Positions 16,670 to 24,910 of a DNA stretch of 32,000 nucleotides are shown one piece after another. Made by a program: the position numbers and the translations under genes. Location of the stretch: assembly GCF_003324675.1 (NCBI RefSeq), contig NZ_CP030918.1:2010001-2042000 (forward strand), read 5' to 3'. The DNA comes from Paracoccus suum (GTDB lineage Bacteria > Pseudomonadota > Alphaproteobacteria > Rhodobacterales > Rhodobacteraceae). A model generated the notes under the pieces. That model was not told the origin of the DNA. It did not search any database and saw only the letters and a list, made by a program, of their open reading frames with translations. The first letter of the stretch is position 1. Each line of letters begins with the position of its first letter.

Positions 16670-17557
16670 TCAGCCGCCGGCGTATTTCGTATCCATGGCG
16701 TCGGTCATCGGCTTGCGTACCACGTCCTGGCGGACCTTGAAGGGCGCAACCAATCCGCTGGCCTCGCCCACGTCGCGGCCTTCCTTCAGCGCGGTCAGCG
16801 CCTGCGTCATGCCCTGCAGTGCCGCCTGCAGCGCGATATTGGCGTAGAGGACGAAGGCAAAGCCCATCTCGGCCAGTTCCGCCTGCGGCAGCAGCGGGGT
16901 GCGGCCGCCGACCACCAGGTTCACCAGCTGCGGCGCGTCCGCGTGGCGGCCGATGGCGCGCAGTTCGTCCACGCTTTCGGGAGCCTCGATGAAGAGGATG
17001 TCCGCACCCGCCTCGCGATAGGCGGATGCCCGGTCGAGCGCCGCGGCCATGCCCTCGACAGCGCGCGCGTCGGTGCGGGCCATGATCAGCGTGCGCGGGT
17101 CGCGCCGGCCGTCGCAGGCGGCGTGGATCTTGGCCACCATTTCCGAGGTCGGGACCACAGCCTTGCCGGTGAAATGCCCGCAGCGCTTGGGGCTGACCTG
17201 ATCCTCCAACTGGATCGCGTTGGCGCCGGCGGCCTCGAGCGTGCGGACCGTGTGCCAGGTGTTCACCGCATTGCCAAAACCGGTATCGGCATCGACGATC
17301 AGCGGCAGGTCCACCGCCGCGCGGATGGCGGTCACATGGGCGGCCATGTCGGTCAGCCCCATGAAGCCGAGGTCCGGCAGCCCGAACCAGGTATTGGTGA
17401 CCCCTGCGCCAGTGACATAGATCGCCTCGTAGCCCAGATCCTCGATCAGGCGGGCGGCGAGGGCGTTGGCGGCGCCCGGCATCAGCACGCCGCGCGGCTT
17501 GGCGATCATCTGGCCGAGGCGATCCGCGGGATCGGTGCGGCGGGTGGTCTGGGTCAT
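16670..17557 (-). CDS. isocitrate lyase/PEP mutase family protein (carboxyvinyl-carboxyphosphonate phosphorylmutase / 2-methylisocitrate lyase-like)
   Basis: 295 aa with family blocks MPGAANALAARLIEDLGYEAIYVTGAG, IVDADTGFGNAVN and QLEDQVSPKRCGHFTGK. Confidence 0.87.
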   Translation of the reverse strand: MTQTTRRTDPADRLGQMIAKPRGVLMPGAANALAARLIEDLGYEAIYVTGAGVTNTWFGLPDLGFMGLTDMAAHVTAIRAAVDLPLIVDADTGFGNAVNTWHTVRTLEAAGANAIQLEDQVSPKRCGHFTGKAVVPTSEMVAKIHAACDGRRDPRTLIMARTDARAVEGMAAALDRASAYREAGADILFIEAPESVDELRAIGRHADAPQLVNLVVGGRTPLLPQAELAEMGFAFVLYANIALQAALQGMTQALTALKEGRDVGEASGLVAPFKVRQDVVRKPMTDAMDTKYAGG

Positions 17558-17625
17558 CGGCGCTCCTCCAAGGCTGTGGCCGGGCTAGGCTGAACCCCGG
17601 GCCGGGTCAATCGGGGGCGCGACGC

Positions 17626-18834
17626 TCAGCGCAGGCCGAGGCCGGCGCGCATTGCCAGACGGCGCACCGCAGGCACGCCGTGCAGCAGGCCAAGCCCGGC
17701 CGCGCGCAGATCGCGCAGCGGCTGGGCATCCGCCATGCTGACCCGGTTCAGCAGATCGATTCCGCTCAAGCGCAACTGCCCCTCGGCCCGGCGACGGCGG
17801 TCATAGGTGGCAAGGCTTTCGGCGCTGCCCGGCGCGTCGCGCGACAGATCAAGCAACTCGCCCAGGTCCGCGAGGCTGAGGTTAAGCCCCTGCGCGCCGA
17901 TGGGCGGGACCACATGCGCGGCCTCGGCGATCAGGGCGAGGCGCGTCGCGGTAAAGCGGTCGGCGATCTGCGAGATGATGGGCCAGACCGTCACGCGGGT
18001 CACGACCTGCAACTGCCCCAACACCCCGGCCGAGCGCTCGTTCGTCGCAGCGGCAAAGGCGTCGGGCGGCAGCGCGGCAAGACGCAGCGCCTCGGGCCCG
18101 CGCTCCATCCATACGACTGCCGAGGACGGCTTGCCGTCGCGGTCGGGCAGCGGCACGAGCGTGAAGGGGCCACCCGCGCGGTGGACCTCGGTCGAGACGT
18201 TCTCGTGCGGCTGCTCATGCGTGACAGCAAAGGCGAGCGCTTTCTGACCATAGCGCCGGGTGCGCACGCCGATCCCGGCGGCTTGGCGCAAGGTCGAATT
18301 GCGCCCATCGGCGGCGATTGCCAGCTGCGCGCTGACATGGCTGCCGTCCGAGAGCGCGACCCGCGCCCGGTCGCCGCGCAGTTGCAGACCGGTGGCGGCG
18401 AGGCCGGCGCGAAAGCTGACGTTCGGCATCGCCTCAATCGCCGCCATAGCCTCGCGACGGATCAGCCAGTTGTTGACGTTCCAGCCGAAGGGTTCGGCAG
18501 AGATGTCGGCCGCGTCGAAATCGCAGGTCAGCCGCGGGGCAGGGGCGGCGCCCCCGGCATCGACGATGCGCATCCTCTGCAACGGCGTCGCGTGGGGCGC
18601 GAGCCTCTCCCAAAGGCCGGAGCGCCGCAGCACCGCAAGCGACGGCGTCAGGAAAGCCGTCGAGCGCAGGTCGGCCCCGTCGGCGCCCTCTGCCGTGACC
18701 GGCGGGGCAGGGTCAAGGCACAGCACGCGGTGACCATCGGCGCCGAAGGCAAGCGCCGCGATCAGCCCGGCGGGACCGCCCCCGGCGATGAGAATATCGG
18801 TATGAAGATCTGCCTGGTCATCCATGTCGCTCAC
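17626..18834 (-). CDS. FAD-dependent monooxygenase, UbiH/UbiF/VisC/COQ6 family
   Basis: 402 aa with the N-terminal dinucleotide fold DILIAGGGPAGLIAALAFGADGHRVLCLD and the C-terminal block ALIAEAAHVVPPIGAQGLNLSLAD. The track start is GTG 18834. ATG 18825 (MDDQ...) is an alternative. Confidence 0.87.
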   Translation of the reverse strand: MSDMDDQADLHTDILIAGGGPAGLIAALAFGADGHRVLCLDPAPPVTAEGADGADLRSTAFLTPSLAVLRRSGLWERLAPHATPLQRMRIVDAGGAAPAPRLTCDFDAADISAEPFGWNVNNWLIRREAMAAIEAMPNVSFRAGLAATGLQLRGDRARVALSDGSHVSAQLAIAADGRNSTLRQAAGIGVRTRRYGQKALAFAVTHEQPHENVSTEVHRAGGPFTLVPLPDRDGKPSSAVVWMERGPEALRLAALPPDAFAAATNERSAGVLGQLQVVTRVTVWPIISQIADRFTATRLALIAEAAHVVPPIGAQGLNLSLADLGELLDLSRDAPGSAESLATYDRRRRAEGQLRLSGIDLLNRVSMADAQPLRDLRAAGLGLLHGVPAVRRLAMRAGLGLR

Positions 18835-18956
18835 CAGATTGGTGCGGCCATCATCCGCGCGAGAGTCGGCGTAGCGCCAAGCAGCGACCCAAAGCCCGCG
18901 ATCAGCATCGAGGTCCGATTCCCCGACCGGGGCGTGTCGACGATTGCCTGGAACAT
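18831..18956 (-). CDS. hypothetical small protein (41 aa), translationally coupled to the UbiH-like gene
   Basis: Own translation gives MFQAIVDTPRSGNRTSMLIAGFGSLLGATPTLARMMAAPIW. A GGAGGGAGG SD lies directly upstream of ATG 18956. The TGA stop overlaps the GTG of the next gene (GTGA, 18834..18831). Hand-counted GC3 is 32/40. It is below the track's length cutoff. Confidence 0.45.
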   Translation of the reverse strand: MFQAIVDTPRSGNRTSMLIAGFGSLLGATPTLARMMAAPIW

Positions 18957-18995
18957 CGGCCCTCCCTCCGCATCGAGCGCGTTACTGGCCGCCGG

Positions 18996-19682
18996 TCAGT
19001 CTGCCACGCCGGGTTGCGCCGGGACAAGCGCGCGCAGAAAGCCGATCAGATCGCGGGTCCGGTGGCCGACATGCACGCCATGATCGTGGTCATCGGCCAG
19101 CAGGTCCGGGCCATGCCGCCCCGCTCCGACCAGTACCGTCTGCATGCCCAGCGCGTGGGGCTCGAGAAGGTTACGCGGATCATCCTCGAAAAAAGCCGCG
19201 CGCGCGGGATCGAACCCGTCGATCGCGATCACCGCGGCGAAGGCGCGCGCATCTGGCTTGGGATGAAACCCGGTCTCGGCAATGCCATAAACCGCGTCAA
19301 AGGCGTCGATTCCCCGATGGCGCAGGACCTTAACGGCATAATCCGCGTCCGCATTGGTGTGCACAATCTTGCGCCCCGGCAGCGCGGCGATGGCCGCCGA
19401 CAGGTCCGGGTCGGGGGTCAAGACGGAAAAGTCGATGTCATGGACCTCGGCCAGGTAAGGCAGCGGATCGATGCCGTGGTTGTCCATCAGCCCCTTCAGC
19501 GTGGTGCCATGCGCGCGCCACCAGTGATCGCGCAGGCGCGCAGCCTCGGGCGCGGCCACGCCAAGCTCGCGCGTGACATAGGCCGACATGCGCTGCTCGA
19601 TCTGCGCGAACAGCTGCGCCTCGGGGTCATAGAGGGTGTTGTCGAGGTCAAAGACCCAGGTGGTGACATGCGCGAAATCCAT
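18996..19682 (-). CDS. HAD-superfamily hydrolase, pyrimidine 5'-nucleotidase (SDT1-like) type
   Basis: MDFAHVTTWVFDLDNTLYDPEAQLF... carries the DxDxT motif, with a downstream FFEDDPRNL block. Start trimmed from the track's 20420 to ATG 19682. The upstream part of the track ORF is antisense to the GntR gene. Confidence 0.85.
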   Translation of the reverse strand: MDFAHVTTWVFDLDNTLYDPEAQLFAQIEQRMSAYVTRELGVAAPEAARLRDHWWRAHGTTLKGLMDNHGIDPLPYLAEVHDIDFSVLTPDPDLSAAIAALPGRKIVHTNADADYAVKVLRHRGIDAFDAVYGIAETGFHPKPDARAFAAVIAIDGFDPARAAFFEDDPRNLLEPHALGMQTVLVGAGRHGPDLLADDHDHGVHVGHRTRDLIGFLRALVPAQPGVAD

Positions 19683-19751
19683 GTCCGCGGGGGTAAGCCG
19701 CGCACCCGCCGCTTGCAATGGCGCATCCTTGCGGGGCATCGTCTGCCGGTC

Positions 19752-20423
19752 ATGAAAGACGCTTATTCCCTGATCCTGTCTGCCATCGAGGCGGCCGACT
19801 ACCCGCCGGGCTCGCGCCTGGTCGAGAGCGAACTGGCCGAGCGGTTCGGCGTCTCGCGCACCCCTGTGCGCGAGGCCCTGCAGCGGCTGGAGACGCAGGC
19901 CATGGTCACGCGCGATGGACGGTCCCTGATCGTCGCCTCGCTCGATCACGACCAACTGGCAGAGCTCTATACCGTGCGGGCCGAACTGGAGGCGCTGGCA
20001 GCCCGGCTGGCCGCACGCCACGCCACCCCGGAGGAGGTGCGCGTGCTGGCGCAGATGGTCGCGGCCGACCGCGGCATCATCCAGGATCCGCAGGCGCTGG
20101 CCCGCAGCAACCGGCGATTTCATCACCACATCCATCTTGCAAGTCACAACAGATATCTTGTGAAACAGCTTGAAATCGTTCACAAATCTATGGCTCTGAT
20201 GGCGCGCACGACCTTTGCCGCCGAGGGCCGCGCGCCGCGTGCACTGGACGAACATCAGGCGGTGGTGGACGCCATTGCCGGTGGCGACGGCGAGGGCGCG
20301 GCACTGGCGCTGCGTCAGCATATCTCGCAAGCCTACGAGACGCGCCTTCGCCAGGACGCCGACCTGCCGGCAAACCTGGGCATGGGTCCAAATCCATCGT
20401 CCGGACCCGAGCCGCGGCAATGA
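19752..20423 (+). CDS. GntR family transcriptional regulator (FadR/FCD subfamily)
   Basis: MKDAYSLILSAIEAADYPPGSRLVESELAERFGVSRTPVREALQRLE is a winged HTH. The C-terminal FCD-like helices include NRRFHHHIHLASHN. Start trimmed from the track's 19014. Confidence 0.88.
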   Translation: MKDAYSLILSAIEAADYPPGSRLVESELAERFGVSRTPVREALQRLETQAMVTRDGRSLIVASLDHDQLAELYTVRAELEALAARLAARHATPEEVRVLAQMVAADRGIIQDPQALARSNRRFHHHIHLASHNRYLVKQLEIVHKSMALMARTTFAAEGRAPRALDEHQAVVDAIAGGDGEGAALALRQHISQAYETRLRQDADLPANLGMGPNPSSGPEPRQ

Positions 20424-21052
20424 GCCTGCGCCTGATCGAGACCGAGGAGGACCTGGCCGAGGGCGCCGCCCACCTGGCTGCGGTTTGCCCGGTCTGGGCG
20501 CGGGTGCTGCCCGAGCTTGGACCTCTGCCCTTGCGCCGACGAGCTGACGGCTTTGCCGCCTTGGTCAATGCAATTGTCGCCCAGCAGATCTCGACCGCGT
20601 CAGCGGCCGCGACCTCGGGACGGATCGTGGCGGCCGGGCTGATGGACGAGGCAGCGGTTCGCGCGGCCGATGATGCGCAGCTGCTGGCCTGCGGCCTCTC
20701 GCGGCCCAAGCTGCGCTACATCCGCGCCCTGGCCGAGGCGCAGATGGACTGGGCTGGACTGCGCGATCTTCCCGATGAAGAGGTGACCGTCCGGCTGACC
20801 GCGCTGCCGGGGATCGGACGCTGGACGGCCGACATCTACCTGGCCTTTGCGCTGGGCCGGGCCGATGCTTTTGCGCCCGGCGATTTGGCACTGCAGGAAT
20901 CAGCGCGGCTGATGTATGACCTGCCCGCCCGGCCCGGCCCGGCGGCGATCGAGGCAATGGCCGAGGCGTGGCGGCCCTGGCGCTCGGTTGCGGCGCGGGG
21001 GTTGTGGCACTACTACCTCGGCGCCAAGGGTCGCGAGGGGGTGCGGGCATGA
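20420..21052 (+). CDS. DNA-3-methyladenine glycosylase II family protein (HhH-GPD)
   Basis: 210 aa with LPGIGRWTADIYLAFALGRADAFAPGDLAL (HhH plus catalytic Asp region). The ATG overlaps the GntR stop (ATGA at 20420-20423). Confidence 0.85.
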   Translation: MSLRLIETEEDLAEGAAHLAAVCPVWARVLPELGPLPLRRRADGFAALVNAIVAQQISTASAAATSGRIVAAGLMDEAAVRAADDAQLLACGLSRPKLRYIRALAEAQMDWAGLRDLPDEEVTVRLTALPGIGRWTADIYLAFALGRADAFAPGDLALQESARLMYDLPARPGPAAIEAMAEAWRPWRSVAARGLWHYYLGAKGREGVRA

Positions 21053-21702
21053 CACGGGATCTGCAATCGGGCCGGCGCGGCCCGCAGGATGCAACCTCGG
21101 CAGTGGTTTTCCTGCACGGTTATGGCGCTGATGGCGCCGACCTGCTGGGGCTTGCCGAGCCTCTGGGGCCGATGCTGCCGGGTACTGCATTCTACGCGCC
21201 CGACGCGCCCGAGGCCTGCCGCAACAATCCCTTTGGCCGGCAGTGGTTTCCCATTCCGTGGATGGACGGCTCGACCGAGGCAGATGCGCGCGCCAGCCTG
21301 AACGCCTCGGCCGCTGACGTGAACGCCTTTCTGGACACTGTGCTTGCTGCCGAGGGGCTGACCCCGGACCGGCTGGCGGTTGTCGGTTTTTCGCAAGGCA
21401 CGATGATGGCGCTGCATGTCGTGCCGCGCCGCGCGCAGCCAGTGGCCGGGATCGTCGGTTTCAGCGGCCGGTTGCTCGCGCCGGAACTGCTGGCGGGCGA
21501 AGTGCGCTCGCGCCCGCCGATCCTGCTGCTGCATGGCGACCAGGACCCGGTGGTGCCTTTCGCGGATATGGCCGCGGCCGAGACCGGGCTGCGCGACGCG
21601 GGGTTCAACGTGGGCGCGCATGTCATGCGCGGCACCGGCCATGGGATCTCGCCCGATGGCCTTGGCGCCGCGCTGGCATTCCTCAAGGCGGTGATGGGCT
21701 AG
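21049..21702 (+). CDS. alpha/beta hydrolase, phospholipase/carboxylesterase family
   Basis: MTRDLQSGRRGPQDATSAVVFLHGYGADG... with the nucleophile elbow GFSQGTMMAL and the block LLLHGDQDPVVPF. ATG 21049 overlaps the glycosylase stop (ATGA). Confidence 0.85.
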   Translation: MTRDLQSGRRGPQDATSAVVFLHGYGADGADLLGLAEPLGPMLPGTAFYAPDAPEACRNNPFGRQWFPIPWMDGSTEADARASLNASAADVNAFLDTVLAAEGLTPDRLAVVGFSQGTMMALHVVPRRAQPVAGIVGFSGRLLAPELLAGEVRSRPPILLLHGDQDPVVPFADMAAAETGLRDAGFNVGAHVMRGTGHGISPDGLGAALAFLKAVMG

Positions 21703-21710
21703 CGCCCCCC

Positions 21711-22223
21711 TCAGGACCAGAGGGCCGGGTCCGCCAGCTCGACCGAGTTTCCGGCGGGATCGCGCAGGTAGATCGACCTGCCGCCGCGGGGCCATTCGAT
21801 CTCCGCCTCGATCGGGATGCCGAGCGCTGTCAGGTGGCTGCGCCAGTCATCCAGTCGCGCGGCTGATACGGCGAGGCAGTAGTGCCCCGGTCCGTGCGCG
21901 CCATGCGGCGGCACCGGTAGCGGCACATCAGGGGCGGGCGGGGTACTGGTCGCATCCGGGTTGAACACCAGCAGCACCTGCACCGGTGGGCCGTCGGCGA
22001 CGCGAAAGAACACGTGCCGGCCGGGCTGGCGCTGAAACGCCGCAAGGCCCATCACGCGGGTCCAGAAATCCTCGGCCGCGTCCAGGTCCTGCGCGTAAAG
22101 CACCGACTCGAGCGTGCCCTGCACCGGCGGCGGTCGGCTGGCGGGGACCCGCGCGGGATCGGGGCTGGTGTCGGGGCTGGTTTCAGGGGCGGGGGCCTGA
22201 ACGGGCCGCGGTTCGTCGCTCAT
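21711..22223 (-). CDS. VOC (glyoxalase/bleomycin resistance/dioxygenase) family protein
   Basis: The C-terminal ~135 aa fit a VOC fold (LESVLYAQDLDAAEDFWTRVMGL..., HYCLAV, IYLRDPAGNSVEL). The N-terminal 33 aa are Pro/Ser-rich low complexity. A GTG at 22124 is an alternative start. Confidence 0.75.
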   Translation of the reverse strand: MSDEPRPVQAPAPETSPDTSPDPARVPASRPPPVQGTLESVLYAQDLDAAEDFWTRVMGLAAFQRQPGRHVFFRVADGPPVQVLLVFNPDATSTPPAPDVPLPVPPHGAHGPGHYCLAVSAARLDDWRSHLTALGIPIEAEIEWPRGGRSIYLRDPAGNSVELADPALWS

Positions 22224-22284
22224 GCGCCCAGGATGTCAGCTTGGCGCGCGAGTTTCAAACCGCGACCGGCCCGGCGCGGCGTGA

Positions 22285-23079
22285 TCAGAGGAAGCGCAGC
22301 GCCCGCAGCACGTCGAACCAGTCGTCGCGCACGAAGGTCAGCTTGCGCGGCGCGACATATTCGACCTGCGGGTAGAAGCTGCCGCGATAGGCATCGACCG
22401 GCGTCGAGTATTCGACCTCGACCTCCCACGAGCCGCTGAGCGGTGCGGCGGATCGCGCTGGCAGATCGCGCAGCGCCTGCTCGACGCCCGACCGGATCGC
22501 GGCCCGCGAGGCCAGTGGCGATATCGAGCGGGTGGCCGGCCCGAATCCTTCGCTGACCGGGGTGGTGACGATCCCGGGCACCAGGTCGGCTGCGGCGGCG
22601 CAGATACCGGCATCGCCGGACAGGAACACCGACGGCACCCCCAGCGATGCCGCGGTCGTGGCGTTAACGGTGAATTCCGAGGCCAACGCGCCGTTGATGG
22701 TCAGCCGCATGATCCGGCCGTTGAAGCTGTGCGCCAGCGGGTTGCTGTCGGTGCCGGCTGCGTCGTGATAGCCGGTATAGATCGCCGCGTCGCAATCCTC
22801 GGTCAGCCCGAACATCATCGAATGGGGATGGCCTGACCAGTTGCGCACGATCCGCACATCGTCCGGCAGCCCTTCCAACAGCAGGTTGCGGCCGCTGCTG
22901 TGGGCGTCCTTGATGATGATCTCTCGCGCGCCGGCGGCCCGTGCGCCCTCGCAGGCAGCCAGGACCTCGGCCGTCATAAGGGCTTGGAACTGCGGATAGT
23001 CTGCTGTCTCGCGCTCGGTCTCGGACCAGGTGGTGATGCCGGCGGTCCCCTCCATGTCAGCACTGATAAAGACCTTCAT
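22285..23079 (-). CDS. M55 family metallopeptidase (D-aminopeptidase DppA type)
   Basis: MKVFISADMEGTAGITTWSE... is the characteristic M55 N-terminus. A GGAGGGG SD lies upstream. Start taken as Met30 of the track ORF 22285..23166. Confidence 0.85.
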   Translation of the reverse strand: MKVFISADMEGTAGITTWSETERETADYPQFQALMTAEVLAACEGARAAGAREIIIKDAHSSGRNLLLEGLPDDVRIVRNWSGHPHSMMFGLTEDCDAAIYTGYHDAAGTDSNPLAHSFNGRIMRLTINGALASEFTVNATTAASLGVPSVFLSGDAGICAAAADLVPGIVTTPVSEGFGPATRSISPLASRAAIRSGVEQALRDLPARSAAPLSGSWEVEVEYSTPVDAYRGSFYPQVEYVAPRKLTFVRDDWFDVLRALRFL

Positions 23080-23227
23080 TACGACCCCTCCTGGCGATAT
23101 GCGCGCGCAAGGTGGTCCGCCGCGGGGCGCGTGGCAAGCACCGTTTGCGAGGCCAGCGGAAAGCATTTGCCTCGGCGCGCCAGCCGGTTAGGGTGGCCGG
23201 CGGAAAGTCGTAGTAAGGGAATATCGA

Positions 23228-24859
23228 ATGAGCACGCAGGCCGACCTGGTGTTGACGAATGGCACCATCTGGTGTGGGGCGGGCCTGCCCCTTGCAGAAG
23301 CGGCGGCAGTCTTTGCGGGGCGCATCCTGGACACCGGCAGCGCGGCCGAAATCGAGGCACTGATCGGGCCGGACACGAAGGTCATCGACCTGGACGGCCG
23401 CTTCGCGATGCCCGGTCTTTACGATAATCACCTGCACCTGATCTCGACCGGGCTCGTGCTCGACAATGTCGATGCATCCCCCGAGGCGGCGTCCACGCTC
23501 GAGGGCCTGCTGGACGCGATCCGCGCCCGCGCCGCCAAGACGCCTAAGGGCGAATGGATCCTGGCCCGCGGCTACGAGCAGCAAAAGCTGGACGTCGCGC
23601 GCCACCCCCACCGGACCGAGCTTGATGCAGCCGCCCCCGATCATCCGGTGCTTCTGACCCGGGCCTGTGGCCATGTGTCGATCGCCAACACCCGCGCGCT
23701 GGACATCGGCGGCGTGACCCCGAAAACCCCGGCCCCCGAGGGCGGCGTCATCGAGGTCGAGAACGGCGTTCTGACCGGCCTTCTGGCCGAAAACGCGCAG
23801 AACCTGGTCGAGGATCACGTCCCGGTGCCGTCCGAGGACATGTTGATCGCCGCCATCGAGGCCGGCGGCCGCCAGTTGCTGTCGCATGGCATCACCAGCT
23901 GCATGGACGCCGCTGTCGGCATGATCGCCGGCATGACCGAGATTCGCGCCTATCACCTGGCCAAGCTGACCGGCCGCCTGCCGGTGCGCGTCTCGCTGAC
24001 GCTGCTGGGCGATCCCGAGCGTTCCATCGTCGAGACCTGCCATGCCGCGGGCCTCGTCACCGGCGTTGGCGACGAGATGATGCGCGTCGGCGCGGTCAAG
24101 ATCTTTCTCGACGGCTCGCTCGGCGGGCGAACCGCCTGGATGAGCCATGCCTATCGCGACCAGCCGGACAATTTCGGCGTGCAGATGCTGCCCAACCAGC
24201 AAGTCGAAGGACTGGTCGCCGACTATCACGCCAAGGGCTATCAGCTCGCCTGCCATGCCATCGGCGACGAGGCGATCCGCCAGCTGGTGACGGCCTATGA
24301 AAAGGCGCAGGCCGCCCATCCGGGTGAGGCACGGCGCCATCGGGTCGAGCATTGCGGTTTTCCCGGCGACGAGTTGAACGCGCGCATGAAGGCCGGCGGC
24401 ATCGAGCCCTCGCCCCAGCAGGCGTTCATGTACAACTTTGGCGACAGCTATATCGCGGTCATGGATGAGGACATCTCGCGCAGCGGCTATCCGTTGCGGA
24501 CCTGGCTGGACATGGGCTTCCGCCCCGGCACGGGCAGCGACTCGCCCGTCTGCCGCACCGATCCGCGGCCCAACATCTACCAGATGCTGACCCGCAAGAC
24601 CGACAAGGGCACAGTCATGGGCGCGGATGAAATCGTCGACATTGAGACTGCGCTGCAAGTCTACACCGAAAACGGTGCCTATCTGGCGCGCGAGGAGGGC
24701 TTTAAGGGCCGCCTGCGGCCGGGCATGGTGGCCGATATCGCGGTATTTTCACGCGATCTGCTGAAGGCGACGCCGGAGGAAATTTTGAACGACACGCAGT
24801 GCGAACTGACGGTGCTCGGCGGGCGCGTTGTTTTTGAACGCGGCACCGCAGCCGCCTAG
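23228..24859 (+). CDS. amidohydrolase family protein (Amidohydro_3 / YtcJ-like metal-dependent hydrolase)
   Basis: 543 aa. ADLVLTNGTIW...GRILDTGS...VIDLDGRFAMPGLYDNHLHL contains the HxH metal motif. The C-terminal block is ADIAVFSRDLL. Confidence 0.85.
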   Translation: MSTQADLVLTNGTIWCGAGLPLAEAAAVFAGRILDTGSAAEIEALIGPDTKVIDLDGRFAMPGLYDNHLHLISTGLVLDNVDASPEAASTLEGLLDAIRARAAKTPKGEWILARGYEQQKLDVARHPHRTELDAAAPDHPVLLTRACGHVSIANTRALDIGGVTPKTPAPEGGVIEVENGVLTGLLAENAQNLVEDHVPVPSEDMLIAAIEAGGRQLLSHGITSCMDAAVGMIAGMTEIRAYHLAKLTGRLPVRVSLTLLGDPERSIVETCHAAGLVTGVGDEMMRVGAVKIFLDGSLGGRTAWMSHAYRDQPDNFGVQMLPNQQVEGLVADYHAKGYQLACHAIGDEAIRQLVTAYEKAQAAHPGEARRHRVEHCGFPGDELNARMKAGGIEPSPQQAFMYNFGDSYIAVMDEDISRSGYPLRTWLDMGFRPGTGSDSPVCRTDPRPNIYQMLTRKTDKGTVMGADEIVDIETALQVYTENGAYLAREEGFKGRLRPGMVADIAVFSRDLLKATPEEILNDTQCELTVLGGRVVFERGTAAA

Positions 24860-24910
24860 GCCTGCGATCCACGACCGCGGCACCGCCGCCAATCATGCAT
24901 CACTGGGAGG

